Positions 25,522 through 38,186 of a stretch of DNA of 64,000 nt are shown here, one piece after another. The notes under the pieces were generated by a model that saw only the letters and a program-made list of their open reading frames with translations, ran no database searches and was not told where the DNA came from. Positions within the stretch are counted from its first letter, which is position 1, and the number at the start of each line of letters is the position of its first letter. Source of the DNA: Octopus sinensis (Eukaryota); the NCBI RefSeq assembly GCF_006345805.1, contig NC_043001.1:103912001-103976000 (forward strand). The letters run 5' to 3'. Position numbers and translations under genes: made by a program.

Positions 25522-25527
25522 TATATA

Positions 25528-25717
25528 CAGTAATTCCCCCGCGATAGGTGAAAATCCGCGAAGTAGAAACAGTACTATACTGTATATTTTTTTAATTATT
25601 TTTATAATTTGCATATATTTATTTTATCATAAATACAAAACGACACCACGGAGGAATCGACGTAAGCTTAAATAATAAACCGCAATAGGTGAAACGCGAT
25701 AAGGCGCAGAATTTCTG
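25528..25717. mobile_element. Tigger/pogo-like MITE, internally deleted
   Basis: TA-CAGTAATT...AATTTCTG-TA; interior matches 53531-53741 (AAAACGACAC...GACGTAAGCTTAAATAATAAACCGC). Confidence 0.7.
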
Positions 25718-25718
25718 T

Positions 25719-25773
<55 letters not shown>

Positions 25774-25827
25774 CTAACAGAAAAGGAATTTCGATTATCC
25801 CCACGTGGTGGGTTGTAATATGTATTA

Positions 25828-26796
25828 GAAATTAAAAAAGGAAAATACACACACTTTACATAGTTTTAACATCATTTTTAATACGTCGACCAGTTTCACT
25901 TTCGCTATTCATGATATTATGGTTTACTTATTTGAATATGAATTGTCTTAGGAAGACATTTTTGTCCATGTTGTGTGTGATATTTACGAGTGAATGACCT
26001 TACAAGTAGAAAAATAAGGGGAGGTAATTGGCTATCATTATTGTTGTTGTTGTTGTGGGCAAGGGAGATAACTGTTCAGCTTTCGGTAAAGGGAGGGGAA
26101 TATATATACACACACAAAAAAATGGTTTCGAAAACTTGTGCCTCTGAGAAACAAATTTATGTAATAACCTGCTCGGATTGCGGACACAACCATTTTGGAC
26201 AGACAAGTATGACCTTGAGAAGGAAAACTACTCTACATAAAGAGGAAATCCGTTTCCCGCAATACAGAGAAATTCCTTTCAGTGAACATATAGAAAAATG
26301 TGCAGATAACATCAAACCAAATTTCACAGTCTTCCCTCTTATCAGTACAAATACATAATCTTTCCAGAAGAAGTTTAAATAAAGAAACTGTTTTCATTGA
26401 AAAATACAGAACACGTCTGAATATGCACGCATAACCAACTTTTACCTTTTTACGTATTTCAATTCACGATTACATCACTATACATAAATCCCCTCACTAA
26501 ACAAGTTTTTCGAAACCTTTACATATATACTCCCCCCCCTTACCGAAAGCTGAACAGTTATCTTCCTTGCTTACAACAAAATCAATAATAACGATAGCCA
26601 ATTACCTCCCCTTATTTTTCTAATTGTGAAGTCATTCACTCGTAAATATCATCACACACAACACGGAAAAAAATTTCTTTAAAAAATACATATTCAAATA
26701 AGTAAACCATAATATAATGAATAGCGAAAGCGAAACCGGTCGATATATTAAAAATTATATTGAAACTATGTAAAGTGTGTGTATTTTCCTTTTTTA

Positions 26797-26801
<5 letters not shown>
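25828..26801 (+). mobile_element. Penelope-like element: GIY-YIG 3' fragment enclosed by about 300-bp inverted repeats
   Basis: Arms about 25828-26138 and 26502-26801 are reverse complements. The spacer reads KQIYVITCSDCGHNHFGQTSMTLRRKTTLHKEEIRFPQYREIPFSEHIEKC...NFTVFP and, after a frameshift, NKETVFIEKYRTRLN, a PLE GIY-YIG C-terminal domain. Confidence 0.85.
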
Positions 26802-26857
<56 letters not shown>

Positions 26858-27449
26858 ATGTATATGTATATGTATGTATGTATGTATGCATGTATGTATG
26901 TATTTATGTATGCATATTTGTATGCGTGTGTGTCATTACATCTGCAGCTGTTGCCTTATGTGTGTGTCTTCTCTTGGGCTCTCATTTCCCGATACAATCG
27001 TAAGTGTATGGTCGTGACATATGACATGTCGTATTCTTTTATATGTTTAAGCCCTAAGACTTTGCCCATGCCGGAACAGCGCCAGTTGTGGGTATTTTTA
27101 GACCTCATCGATCTCTACCCTTTTCAAATTTGACATTAGTTGATATTTTTTTGTAACAGTGAGCGGCGAGGTAACAGATTGAATGAAAACGAGAGTGGAA
27201 AATATGAATCAACACCAAAGCACAACTGGTACTTTATTTATCGACTCCAAAAGAACGAAAAGAAATTTTCACGAAAGCGATGGTTAAACTCATAAATACC
27301 AAACCTATTATATTCGACGATCTAATGACTCCACAGGCTAAACTTTTGAAATGTTTTACATATTTTCACAGTTCTATTAATGACTTTCATTTATTATTTC
27401 TTAAGTGGGAAATAATAATTTCTCGTCTCCTGAAATCTAGTTCCTGAAG

Positions 27450-28075
27450 GCTGGTGTCAAGAAAATTAGATTCAGAATGAAACGCCTTAATAATCTCAGC
27501 TGTAAACCTAAACTTATGCTCCAGGCGCATCTGCAAAACTTTTATTAATTCGTTATGGAATTTTACCTTTATTCTCTACTCTACGCTACCGTTTACTGAA
27601 AAAGAGATTTCTAACACTGTGAAAATTTCCCTTTTTTCTATCAGAACTTATTTATCTGGTCTCGTGTATTTATATTTCTACAGAGATTTTTAGATGACCA
27701 TTCTTCCAACATTTATTCTCATTACTGTGTCGTTTATATCACTGTGACTTCTTATATTTTGATCTTCAGAAGAATTCTCTCTGAGTATTGCAGCGTAGTG
27801 TTTAGGCGTCTGCATTATACCTCATATACAGATAGTACCGTGAGAACATTTATAGACAGCTGCTTATATTGTGGGTCACATATTTGGTATCAGTTGTACA
27901 GTTTGCATTAGTTGTTTAACGTGCATCCTCCTCAATTTTCGCTTTAAATATTTTGCTATCATTTCCTGTTCTTGGATTATAGAAACATATTTTTCTAGTA
28001 GTTGTATTGGGACATGCGCTGTAAACAGTGCGTCGCTGCATCCACTATTTGTTGGTGATTCCCTTTGCACCACTC
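27450..28075 (-). pseudogene. RLE-type (R4-like) LINE relic, C-terminal region
   Basis: EKYVSIIQEQEMIAKYLKRK; KYKYTRPDK.VL..IFTVLEIS; HKFRFTAEII; same family as 31690-32365. It probably continues upstream at about 28440-29310 beyond a SINE insertion (lower confidence). Confidence 0.6.
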
Positions 28076-28148
28076 AAAATCAACCCTCAAACCCGTGAGT
28101 CTGTTAGAGTAGTCGTTGCTAGTGAGGGTTTTAATAAATCCTACCGAT

Positions 28149-28153
28149 CCGTC

Positions 28154-28213
<60 letters not shown>

Positions 28214-28429
28214 ATATGTTTATGCGTGTGTTTGCCCCATCCCTCTACCAACGCTTGACAACCGATGCTGGTGTATTTGAGACCCCGTAACTTAGCGGTT
28301 TGGAAAAAAGACGGATAGGATAAGTACTAAGCTAATAAAGAATAAGTCCTGGGGTCGATTTGCTCGACTAAAGGTGGTGCTCCAGCATAGCCGCAGTTAA
28401 ATGACTGAAGCAAATAAAAGAATAAAAGA
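28149..28429 (+). mobile_element. SINE family A, 5'-truncated
   Basis: CCGTCG + (TA)n(TG)n + GCTTGACAACCGATGCTGGTGT...CTCCAGCATAGCCGCAGTTAAATGACTGAAG. Confidence 0.85.
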
Positions 28430-30429
28430 CTATATATATAAAACAAAACTTGTTTCCCCCATTTCTTTTCTCTCCTATACAGTTTTTGGATTAGACGCAA
28501 ACTTGTTCTTGTGATGTGTTTTCCAATAATCATATTCGCTGCTAGAACAGTCGAGATCTTGATTTCATGTTTTTGATGTCTTTTCCTCGAAAACTCGTTG
28601 TATCGTAACACTAAATATTTTAGTTCTTTTTAAAATTAAGCTGCAGCTGGTGTGTACTACATTTTATTGTTCACATTTCTCTGTAAATGTTATCGAAGTA
28701 TTCGTTTCTGTGACGCATCTTGTTCATATTTTCTTCTAGTTCTGCTATCCACCTGATTGACTTACATTCGATAACTTTTTAACATGTACTCTGCAGGAAT
28801 CTCTGAGGTGTTCTTTCAAAAGAATGCCAGTTGTATAAAGAAAATTATTGATTATCTCACAGTTGTTACTGCATGCTTTAACTTTTAACGTGTGAATGGT
28901 TGTTTGTTTCGTTTTCCTCATAAAAAGATTTAATATCGCTACTTTAGAGAAATTGAAAAGATATTCCTCAAGTTGTATTTATTTTCTACAGTCATCTCTA
29001 TTGGGATTTATACGGAGATATATTAGTTTAGACAGTGACTACGATGATGCCACAATACTGTGCGGTTGTTGATCTATTTCGTTGATCTATTTTGGTTGTC
29101 TTTGGCTCATCTATTCATCTTACTGGAAGTGGAATATTTACTTGATATGTGATTTCCGTTTATAAAATTTCACTGAAGTTTCAGGAGTATTTCGTTTTTT
29201 AACAGTTTCGAATAACAGACAGAAGGATATTCAACGGCTAATTGATAAAACTGGAATATATCTTGCATTCAAACGAACGACCAAGTCGTCGGATAACGCT
29301 GTTTCGCTCGTGTTGTAATGTTGTTGTCAATGTTAACATGATGTAAGCTATAAACAACGGAAAACTCTGCAAGACAAAAAGGAGTTCACATAATCTTATC
29401 GCAAGGACGTTGAGTCTGGGTTTTGTAGTTGATGTTATGTGTTTTTAGCACCAGGTCAACTCAAATTGGTCAGGTGTATGATCAAAGGCATTCCAGAAAA
29501 TGGAAAAAGGTTTCGGAAAACTTCCATTTTAAAGATGTTTCCTCGTTAGTTCCAGTAACTGTTTTTTACAGATTTCATAGAAAAGCCTTATATATATATG
29601 ATTATGTATTCGTGTATGTATCCATGTGTTTATGTGTGTGTATGCAAAAACCTACAATCATGCATATATGTATGCACGAATATGCGTATGTATATATGCA
29701 TGTACGTGTGCGTGTATGTGTGTGCATACATATACATACATCCATACGTGAATATGCTTATGTATGTATGTATACCATTGTTCAGTTTTCCTTCAAGATT
29801 TCCTGCCAATAGAGAAAGAATCGGTTTCTAACCCAGATCCAAGTCTCCTTCACTGGAATTTCATCATCAACAACAGGGTGTTCTTGTTTGTTTGTTTGTA
29901 TGTATGTATGTACTTAAGTTTTGATGAGAAAATCATTTGTCAGGGATAGATTTCTTGACACTAATTTATTCACAATTTATTCACAAAGCAAGTTTGAATA
30001 TTATTGGATAAAATCCATTTCAATTTGGTAAATCAAATTGTGGAAACCCAAAACTCTGGAGCAGTTTGTTCATAGATTGAATTGCTGACAAATATCACTA
30101 GTTCTTGTTCGTCTTCTTTCGTACTACATATTGCCTGCACTGCTTCCCGCCTCGTTTTGTCTTTAATTACCAACCATCTCTAGCGTATGTTATTAATTAA
30201 TTGATCAACGTTCCGAATATTCAGCCTTCTGCTTTTCTCGATTATAAATTATGTTTCACTAAAAAATGAAAGTCTCTCGTATGGCGAATGTGATGACGTA
30301 AAGAGAAAATGGTTGACCGTGATGTTGATGATTGTTGCAGTCGAGTTGGGAATATTTATGATGTTGAACAGAAAATAGACAATCAGGATGATAAAGACGA
30401 CGACGACGTGTTTGGATGATGATGATGAC

Positions 30430-30473
<44 letters not shown>

Positions 30474-30871
30474 CGTGGGCTGGAAGGAGGGTTAATGAAA
30501 ATGAAAAAAGAACACTAAGAGAAGAAGAATTTATGAGTGGACTTACAATATACGTCCCACTGTGTGGCATCTTGGGCAGCCATTGTGAGTGGGTTTGTTA
30601 GATGGAAACAGAAAGAAGCCAGACATATCTATTTATTTATATATATATATATATATTTTTTTTTCAATTAATCAATTTAGTAAAAATTTACTGAATTTTT
30701 TGCTACCCTAAATTGATTAATTGATAATTTTCTGACTAATTCTGAGATTGAATCGGCAGTTTATATTTGCTGCCGATAAGTTTGGCGCGAATGCGTTGGT
30801 CTTGAAAATTTTAAGACATATTCCCGAGGCATTGATACAGTCGCCTCGTGTATATTCGTCTCTCCCAGGTT

Positions 30872-30972
30872 TCTTTTACTGATGAAGTGTGACCTATGGT
30901 AGACTAGCTTAATTTAATTTAATTAAGCTGGTCTATCATTAAAAACACCGAAACGATGCATCGTATAAAAGA
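30872..30972 (+). ncRNA. Type I hammerhead ribozyme motif with intact core
   Basis: TCTTTTA / CTGATGA / AGTGT...ACACC / GAA / ACGATGCATCGT / A / TAAAAGA. Stem I is a perfect 7 bp; stem II is 4 bp plus a 19-bp extension; stem III is a 12-nt palindrome. Confidence 0.85.
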
Positions 30973-31104
30973 TGAATTAGGGTAAACGTTTTTAAATTTT
31001 CACCTTTTATCCGAATTGCACTACTTGGCGGTTTGAGTTCTGGCTGCTCTTTCTGGTGGAAACATGGCCTGTTTAGGCCATTCCTAAATTGTTATATATA
31101 TATA

Positions 31105-31174
<70 letters not shown>

Positions 31175-31259
31175 CTGAATTTAAAAAAAACAAAAGACGA
31201 AGACAAGTGTATAAACAACAAACAGGTGTATTAGTTTAACGCTCAGGAAGGTGAGAAAG

Positions 31260-31297
31260 TCTTTTACGTTTTGAGCCTACGCTCTTCAACAGAAAAG
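31260..31297 (-). ncRNA. Degenerate minimal hammerhead-like motif in a short interspersed repeat (about 31185-31330)
   Basis: CTTTT-CTGTTGA-A-GAGC-GTAG-GCTC-AAA-ACGT-A-AAAGA; the G12 position is A. Same repeat as 47770-47970. Confidence 0.5.
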
Positions 31298-31423
31298 AAC
31301 ACGAGAAAATAAACAGAGAGAGAAGAAAAGAAAGCCTTAGTAACTAGCGGTCAATAATGACATACATACATAACATACATACATACATATATATATTGTA
31401 CCTTACAACTTTACTTTGTTATA

Positions 31424-31454
<31 letters not shown>

Positions 31455-31689
31455 ATGTTTGTATGTATGTATGTATGTATGTATGTATGTGTATGTATGT
31501 ATGCGCGTGTGGGTGTGTAGGTGTTTGTCCGCCAGCACCGCTGGACAACAGTAGCTGCCTATTCATGAACCCGTAACTTAACGGTTCGTCAAAAGTGACC
31601 TATAGCATAAGTACCAGACTTCAAAAAAATAAGTACTATGGTCTATTCCTTCGATTAAAAATTCTTCGAGGCAGATGAAAAGATGATCC

Positions 31690-32365
31690 TATACGAGCAG
31701 AAGACTATGCCTGGATATGTTAGTAGAAATTTCTGAGATGATCATCAAAGCAGTTTATCATGGATGAATAACCGGATTACTACCTCCCACTTTGAAGTGT
31801 ATGCGTTTGCAATCCAGGAACAGGAAATATCAAGCAAGTACCTGATGCACAAAAGGGATAGAGATGCAGGAACAGCCGTAAAATGTGACAACCGATGCAG
31901 ACTTTGTGGAGTTCACACTGAAGATATCACCCGCATCATAAGCAGCTGTCAAAAAATGTCAGCATGATATTATCTACCGATGTGACATGATGCTGTAGCT
32001 AGGACACTCTGTAATGAAATCCATCGGAAGGATAATCCCGAGGACAAAGAAATAAAAACCCACAATATGGTAGAAGCCATAGCCACTCATAATAAAAGGA
32101 GCACTGGTAGAATGTCCCTGTGAAGACCTCCATAAAATCTAAGCACAACTGACCTGATATAATTATTTGGTATAGAGAAGAGAAACTGTTCACAGTTGTG
32201 GAAATTAGCTGCCCAGCGGATGTCAATATAAAACTGAAGATCAGTGAAAAAGAGAACACCTATGCTGAACTATTGAGAAATTTGCAGTTACTCTATCCAG
32301 AGTACAAGTTCAGGTTAATACCTGTAATTATTGAGGCCCTGTAATATGTAACACACTGCCTAAAG
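31690..32365 (+). pseudogene. RLE-type (R4-like) LINE relic: CCHC finger, RHD and PD endonuclease region
   Basis: SHFEVYAFAIQEQEI; CRLCGVHTEDITRIISSCQKMSA; *HDAVARTL; KHN*PDIIIW..TVVEISCPADVN; YKFRLIPVII. Confidence 0.8.
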
Positions 32366-32452
32366 CGGTTTGGACTTTAGCTGTTCATTCTAGCGTGGAA
32401 GGAATCTTATGACGGATACCTCTTTAAAAAATTTTTATTACCTGATATTATC

Positions 32453-32526
<74 letters not shown>

Positions 32527-33031
32527 AATCTACCGAGTAATTGTCACATATAATTTTTAAAGATAAATTCCTCTATTTACATAATATTGAGGTCTCTTTC
32601 TTTCTTTTGTTTTCTTTTGTTATCTTGCCGTTTTTACCAATATAATATATATATATAATATTATATATATAACATGCATATTTTCATAAATACATATACA
32701 TATATACAGAGATAGACAAACATATATGTATACAATCAAACAGATAAATGCATTCACACAAACATACATATATATTTATATATATATACAGGCTACACAC
32801 ATGTTTATGTGTTTGTGTGTGTGGGGGGTATGTTTAGCAAACGAAATTAACTTAAACCAAGCCCAAGACGCATAATTATGTAATTTAATAAATAAATAAT
32901 TTGATATTTATAAAAAGTGCAAACTTTAATGATCAAAACAATTAAATTTTGTAATTACACAATTATTCATCTTGTTTTTCTGTTGGTTCAATGTACTAAA
33001 TAAGTTTAAGTTTCTGAAACAAACACACACA

Positions 33032-33072
<41 letters not shown>

Positions 33073-33109
33073 GCACGCACATACACAGAGATGCATGTAC
33101 ATATGTACG

Positions 33110-33188
<79 letters not shown>

Positions 33189-33251
33189 ATATTATTAGTG
33201 AATTGAAGAAATGGAGTTGAACGAAGATTGAACAGAATTCCTTTTATTGCA

Positions 33252-33331
33252 TTCTACACATGTTTCAAAAGCCACAATTTTCCAAATTCTGATTAAATAA
33301 GGATACCATATTGTGGCTTTCTCTTCAGGAA
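33252..33331 (-). ncRNA. Type I hammerhead ribozyme motif with intact core
   Basis: TTC / CTGAAGA / GAAAGCCACAAT...ATTGTGGCTTTT / GAA / ACATGTGT / A / GAA. Stem II is 12 bp with a G-U closing pair; stem I is 3 bp. Confidence 0.75.
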
Positions 33332-33443
33332 AAAATAGGAATTCCGTTGGCAGAACAAAACAGAACAGAGGCGCAGCAAAGCAATTTGAACGAGGAGGCT
33401 CTTTAAGGGCCCATGGCTGAACTGTTTATCAATGTACGTTGAA

Positions 33444-33515
<72 letters not shown>

Positions 33516-33744
33516 GTATGTATGTATGTACGTATACGTATGTATGTACGTATATATGTGTATGTATCAAGAAAAAGGAGGTTGAAACTGAAGTTGCGAC
33601 AAGAAGAATCTGCTTTGCAATTATTAACAAATCTTTTCTGATAACATATTCAGAAAATTGTTTAATAAAAGTAGAATTGTATTTGATTAAAGCAATATTA
33701 TAAATATATTATCTTTTAAGTGTATCTCGGTGTAGATACATTAC

Positions 33745-33972
33745 AGAAGAAGGTATGCCATCCGCAGTACCCCCGATGCGGCAGAGAGGGCATCAAGATG
33801 GCTGTGAATCAAAAGTGGAGAGCCGTGGGGTAGCTAGCTGGCAATCTCAACACAAGTTGGGGTCTGATCAGCCTCAGCTTGCTCACCTGGAGGAGGGTGT
33901 ACGATGTTGAAAGACCCGAAAGTCCCGACGATACCAGGCACATCACTGAAGATGTATCCAGATGCATCAGTC
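33745..33972 (+). mobile_element. 3' end of HERO-like RLE non-LTR retrotransposon
   Basis: RYAIRSTPDAAERASRWL*IKSGEPWGS*, followed by a 3' UTR GGGGTCTGATCAGCCTC...GATGTTGAAAGACCCGAAA...CATCACTGAAGATGTATCC. Clade assignment from remembered C-terminal motif. Confidence 0.65.
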
Positions 33973-34666
33973 ATTGATATATGTACACAACATAAGTGTT
34001 AGTCGGAGTCGAGACAGTATAACTGCCAGCTAAAACACTAATTTCTGGGGTTATAGTTATTTGCTACCTAACTACTTTGACGTCAGAAAAGTTAACTTCA
34101 AGCGCGACTGCTCGAGTAATATTTCCTCGTTAATATATAAAGGAACAAATGTTACAATCTTGTCGTAATATGTTTGGAGCTTAACAAACTACACATATTC
34201 TGAAGTTTATTATGAAAGATTTCAAGATCTTGAAAGAATCTCAGCGAAAATGAATTTCATAAACTTGAACAGAGTACATGTCCTCAACCGTCTCACTGCA
34301 AATAGGAACTGTAGTCGGAGGAATAAATGCAGACACGCTAAGATACATACAGACATATGTACGCCTCTGTGTGTGTACTATGTATCGGTATACTTATTTA
34401 TTAAATTTTGTATATATTATTATTTTTATGAAAAAAACATTGTAAATTTCTTTTTTCTCCTTCCTCAATTTAAAAAAAAATTCTTTTCCCCTTCCAAATC
34501 TTGAAAATTTGCTTTGCAATGAAAACCGGTTTGATTTATTATTTTTTTAATCTTCCATACACCCATTTTTTATTAAAATTTGCTTTCAATTTAGCATTCT
34601 GCCTTATTATAATTTTTCCACTCCTATCATTTCTCCACGTGCGGTCAACTCAACCCCACCATTTAT

Positions 34667-34734
<68 letters not shown>

Positions 34735-35196
34735 TTGCGGCGTACGTACAAACCTTCCTCTTATATGTATGTAAGCATTCCACTAAACTCTGTACGACTA
34801 CTACACACACTTTCTCTGTCTTTCTCTTTTCTCGCTTCTTTGATTCTTTGGTCTCCTCTTTCCCCACCCTCTCACATTTCTCAGCCTCTCTTACTTTGCA
34901 CTTCACTGACCCTACCTTTCTTTTGTCCCGCCAATTCTTGGCACGCTCTCTTTCTTCTCCCTCTCTTTAATTCCTTCTTTCTCTCTTTTTCTCTCCCTTC
35001 GCCCTCTCTTTAATTCCTTGCCCCTTTTTTCTCTGTCTTCTCTTCTCACGTGACCGCCGGTCAACTACAGCCTTTCGTCTTCTGACCAGCGCCAGAACAA
35101 CATCGATTTCTTCGTCTGCCGTAAGGCATTATTTTTCTCACACGCCAGCTAATTTGAATTGTCTAAAGTCGAAAGACGCCCGTTGTCTTTGTCCTG

Positions 35197-35218
35197 TTAT
35201 TATTATTATTATTATTAC

Positions 35219-35273
<55 letters not shown>

Positions 35274-35297
35274 GTTGTTGTTGTTGTTGTTGTTGTT
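35197..35297. repeat. (ATT)n(GTT)n microsatellite
   Basis: Read directly from the sequence. Confidence 0.95.
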
Positions 35298-35598
35298 TTG
35301 TATTTATATTCGTATTACTTTTTGTTTTTTGTATTTATTTTTGTGTAACACCGTCCGTTTTTCTGTCCTTGTTTCATATACATTCGATCATTTTTCCAAG
35401 AAATCTAATGCTCGTGGCTTAGTTTTTTCCTTGGGGCTGGCCAGGTCGGAGCAATCTCAAAATTAATCAGCCGAAATTGCGAGGTTGATCCGGTTCTTGA
35501 CTGAAGATTAGAGGCTTCAAATGACCCGTCCGTTTTCATATCGTCTATTTAAATGTTTTGCGTTCTTGTCCCATTTTATATATTTTTTATACATACAT

Positions 35599-35649
<51 letters not shown>

Positions 35650-35920
35650 GTTTATTTAGGCAGCAGTAAGTATGTGTGTACCAACAGGGAGAACTGTACC
35701 TGTCATTAAATATGACTGAGGGTGTAATAAACACCTACGTTGCTAGAAATAAGAGCTAAATGCTCTAATGCTGCAGTCAAAGCACATAATTGCATACATA
35801 CATGCTGATAGGGACCGTAATAGCACGAAAAGCAGCAGTCAAGATATTTCTAGACAGATCGGTCAGTTTCGGCTTTTGCGTAGCGTCTTCATATATACAT
35901 ATACATGTATGTATATATAT

Positions 35921-36149
35921 ATTTCTTTACTACCCACAAGGGCTAAACATAGAGGGGACAAACAAGGACAGACAATGGGATTAAGTCGATTACTTCGACC
36001 CCAGTGCGTCACTGGTACTTAATTTATCGACCCCGAAAGGATGAAAGGCAAAGTCGACCTCAGCGGAATTTGAACTCACAACGTAGCGGAAGACGAAATA
36101 CGGCTACGCATTTCGCCCGACGTGCTAACGTTTCTGCCAGCCCGCCGCC
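35921..36149 (-). mobile_element. SINE family B, full length
   Basis: Reverse complement of 7314-7545. Confidence 0.85.
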
Positions 36150-36665
36150 TTATATACATGTATGCATATATATGTATATATGCACTTGTACGTATATGTA
36201 TATATACACACACAAGAAGATGGCCGTAGACAAATAGCAACCGTAAAGTAAAATGAAAAGAGAAAAGCCATTTTCCTCTACGTCTATGTATGTTGTAAAT
36301 ATTCGTTAACATGCTTCACTAATGTCAGCTCCAGTAATTAAACCAAACACAACAAACTAATTTACATAAATCGATATTCTCCCCGTCTCCGCCGCTATCC
36401 TTGTAATGGTAATTGATATTTTACTTTCTTGTTTGTTTGTTTGTTTTATTCAGGGTTTTGCGGTAGGTTTTATTAGATTCATACACTCTATTAAGCGGTT
36501 GTATTAGCAATGTAATTATTAAGTTGTGTCAATTAGAAATGGAATTTATTCACAAACACACGCACACATTCCAACACGCGCAAACACACACGCTCGCTCC
36601 ACTACGCGCACTCAATCGCTTATATGTAAACACACGCATCCCTATGGGTGTGCATGCGCTTATAA

Positions 36666-36735
<70 letters not shown>

Positions 36736-36817
36736 ATATGCATTATGTAGTAAGGCGGTGCCCCGGCATGGCCGCAGTCTAATGACTGACACAAGTAACA
36801 GCTAAAAGGATATATAC

Positions 36818-36888
<71 letters not shown>

Positions 36889-37057
36889 AAGAGAGAGAGA
36901 GAGAGAAAGATTGAGAGGAAGAAATAGATTGGTAGATGGTTGTATATATATAAATATATGTATGTGTATATGTGTGTATATATATTATACATATATATAC
37001 ATACTTATATATATGCATTATGTATGTATATCTATATACACACACTCACACACACAC

Positions 37058-37112
<55 letters not shown>

Positions 37113-38035
37113 ATATATATATACATGCATTATGTATGTGTGTGTGTATGTAATTGAATTATATATGTAAATTAGATTTTGCTCCATTAATTTATACATG
37201 TAAGATTAAGCTATCCATATAGATATTTGTGTGTGTGTGTGTGTGACAAATGAATTAATGCAAATTCTTTATTTCCTCTTTCTTCAATAACCACCGAGTA
37301 CACCTTTGTTTAAGGAAGCTAATACACAACAAAACGTTGCCAAGCAAATCGAGCCGTTGTTAAAATGCATATCAGAAAGTCCAAAGCAATTATGATTGCG
37401 TCACGCCTTTTGTCACCTTGAAAGTAACCAAAGTAAAACGGCTACAAAATTCATGAACAAACCTTTCAGCCGAAGACTGAGCTGGTTGGAGGTGCTAGAT
37501 TCCCTTGTTCGAAAATATAAGGACACAGATGGTGTCGCATAGCCAGCTGGAGACGATGTGACCTGGGGCTAATTACAGCAACATTCGTCCTAAACCAGGA
37601 CTGCCATGTTTTGTTGGCAATCTTTACAGCAAACACTTTGTTCGTTTAAAAGTATAAACCAAGCCAGCGGCTTTTTTTATGCTGAAAGCTCCAGCTGCTT
37701 TTGACTGAAGAGACAGCATATTGAAGCACCGGTGTCTCTGGAGGACGTGTTTCAATGAGCCGAGTGTGTAGAAACACGCTGTCATCGTAGAAGAGAGAAG
37801 GCATTCTGCTATGATGTATACTGCAGCGACCAGCAGTTCTTGCGTCCGAGTCTCTCCAGACTTGTTGAGAATAAATATGCAAAGAATCATTAACTTAAAG
37901 ACATTTCTGAAGATTAGATCTAGTTTTATATTTTTTATTCTACTTGTTCCCATCATTAGACTGCGGCTATGCTGGAGCACTGCCTTGAAGCATTTTAGTT
38001 GAACGAATCGAATCTACTACTTCCATATGTTTTAA

Positions 38036-38186
38036 AAGCTGGTACTTATTCTATCGAACTCTTTTGCCGAACTGTTAGTTTATGTATATTTTGAGAAAAT
38101 ATATAGATATATAAGCTGGTACTTATTCTATCGGACTCTTTTGCCGAACTGTTAGTTTATGTATATTTTGGGAAAATATATAGATA
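38036..38186. repeat. 74-bp tandem duplication (period 77) abutting the mariner left end
   Basis: AAGCTGGTACTTATTCTATCG...AAAATATATAGATA at 38036-38109 and 38113-38186, 2 mismatches. Confidence 0.9.

Noticed and set aside
37545-37920. GC-richer island with ORFs (118 aa minus, 63 aa plus) as a possible exon or hAT C-terminus
   Set aside because: No recognisable motif, stops in the candidate frames, and no convincing splice sites.
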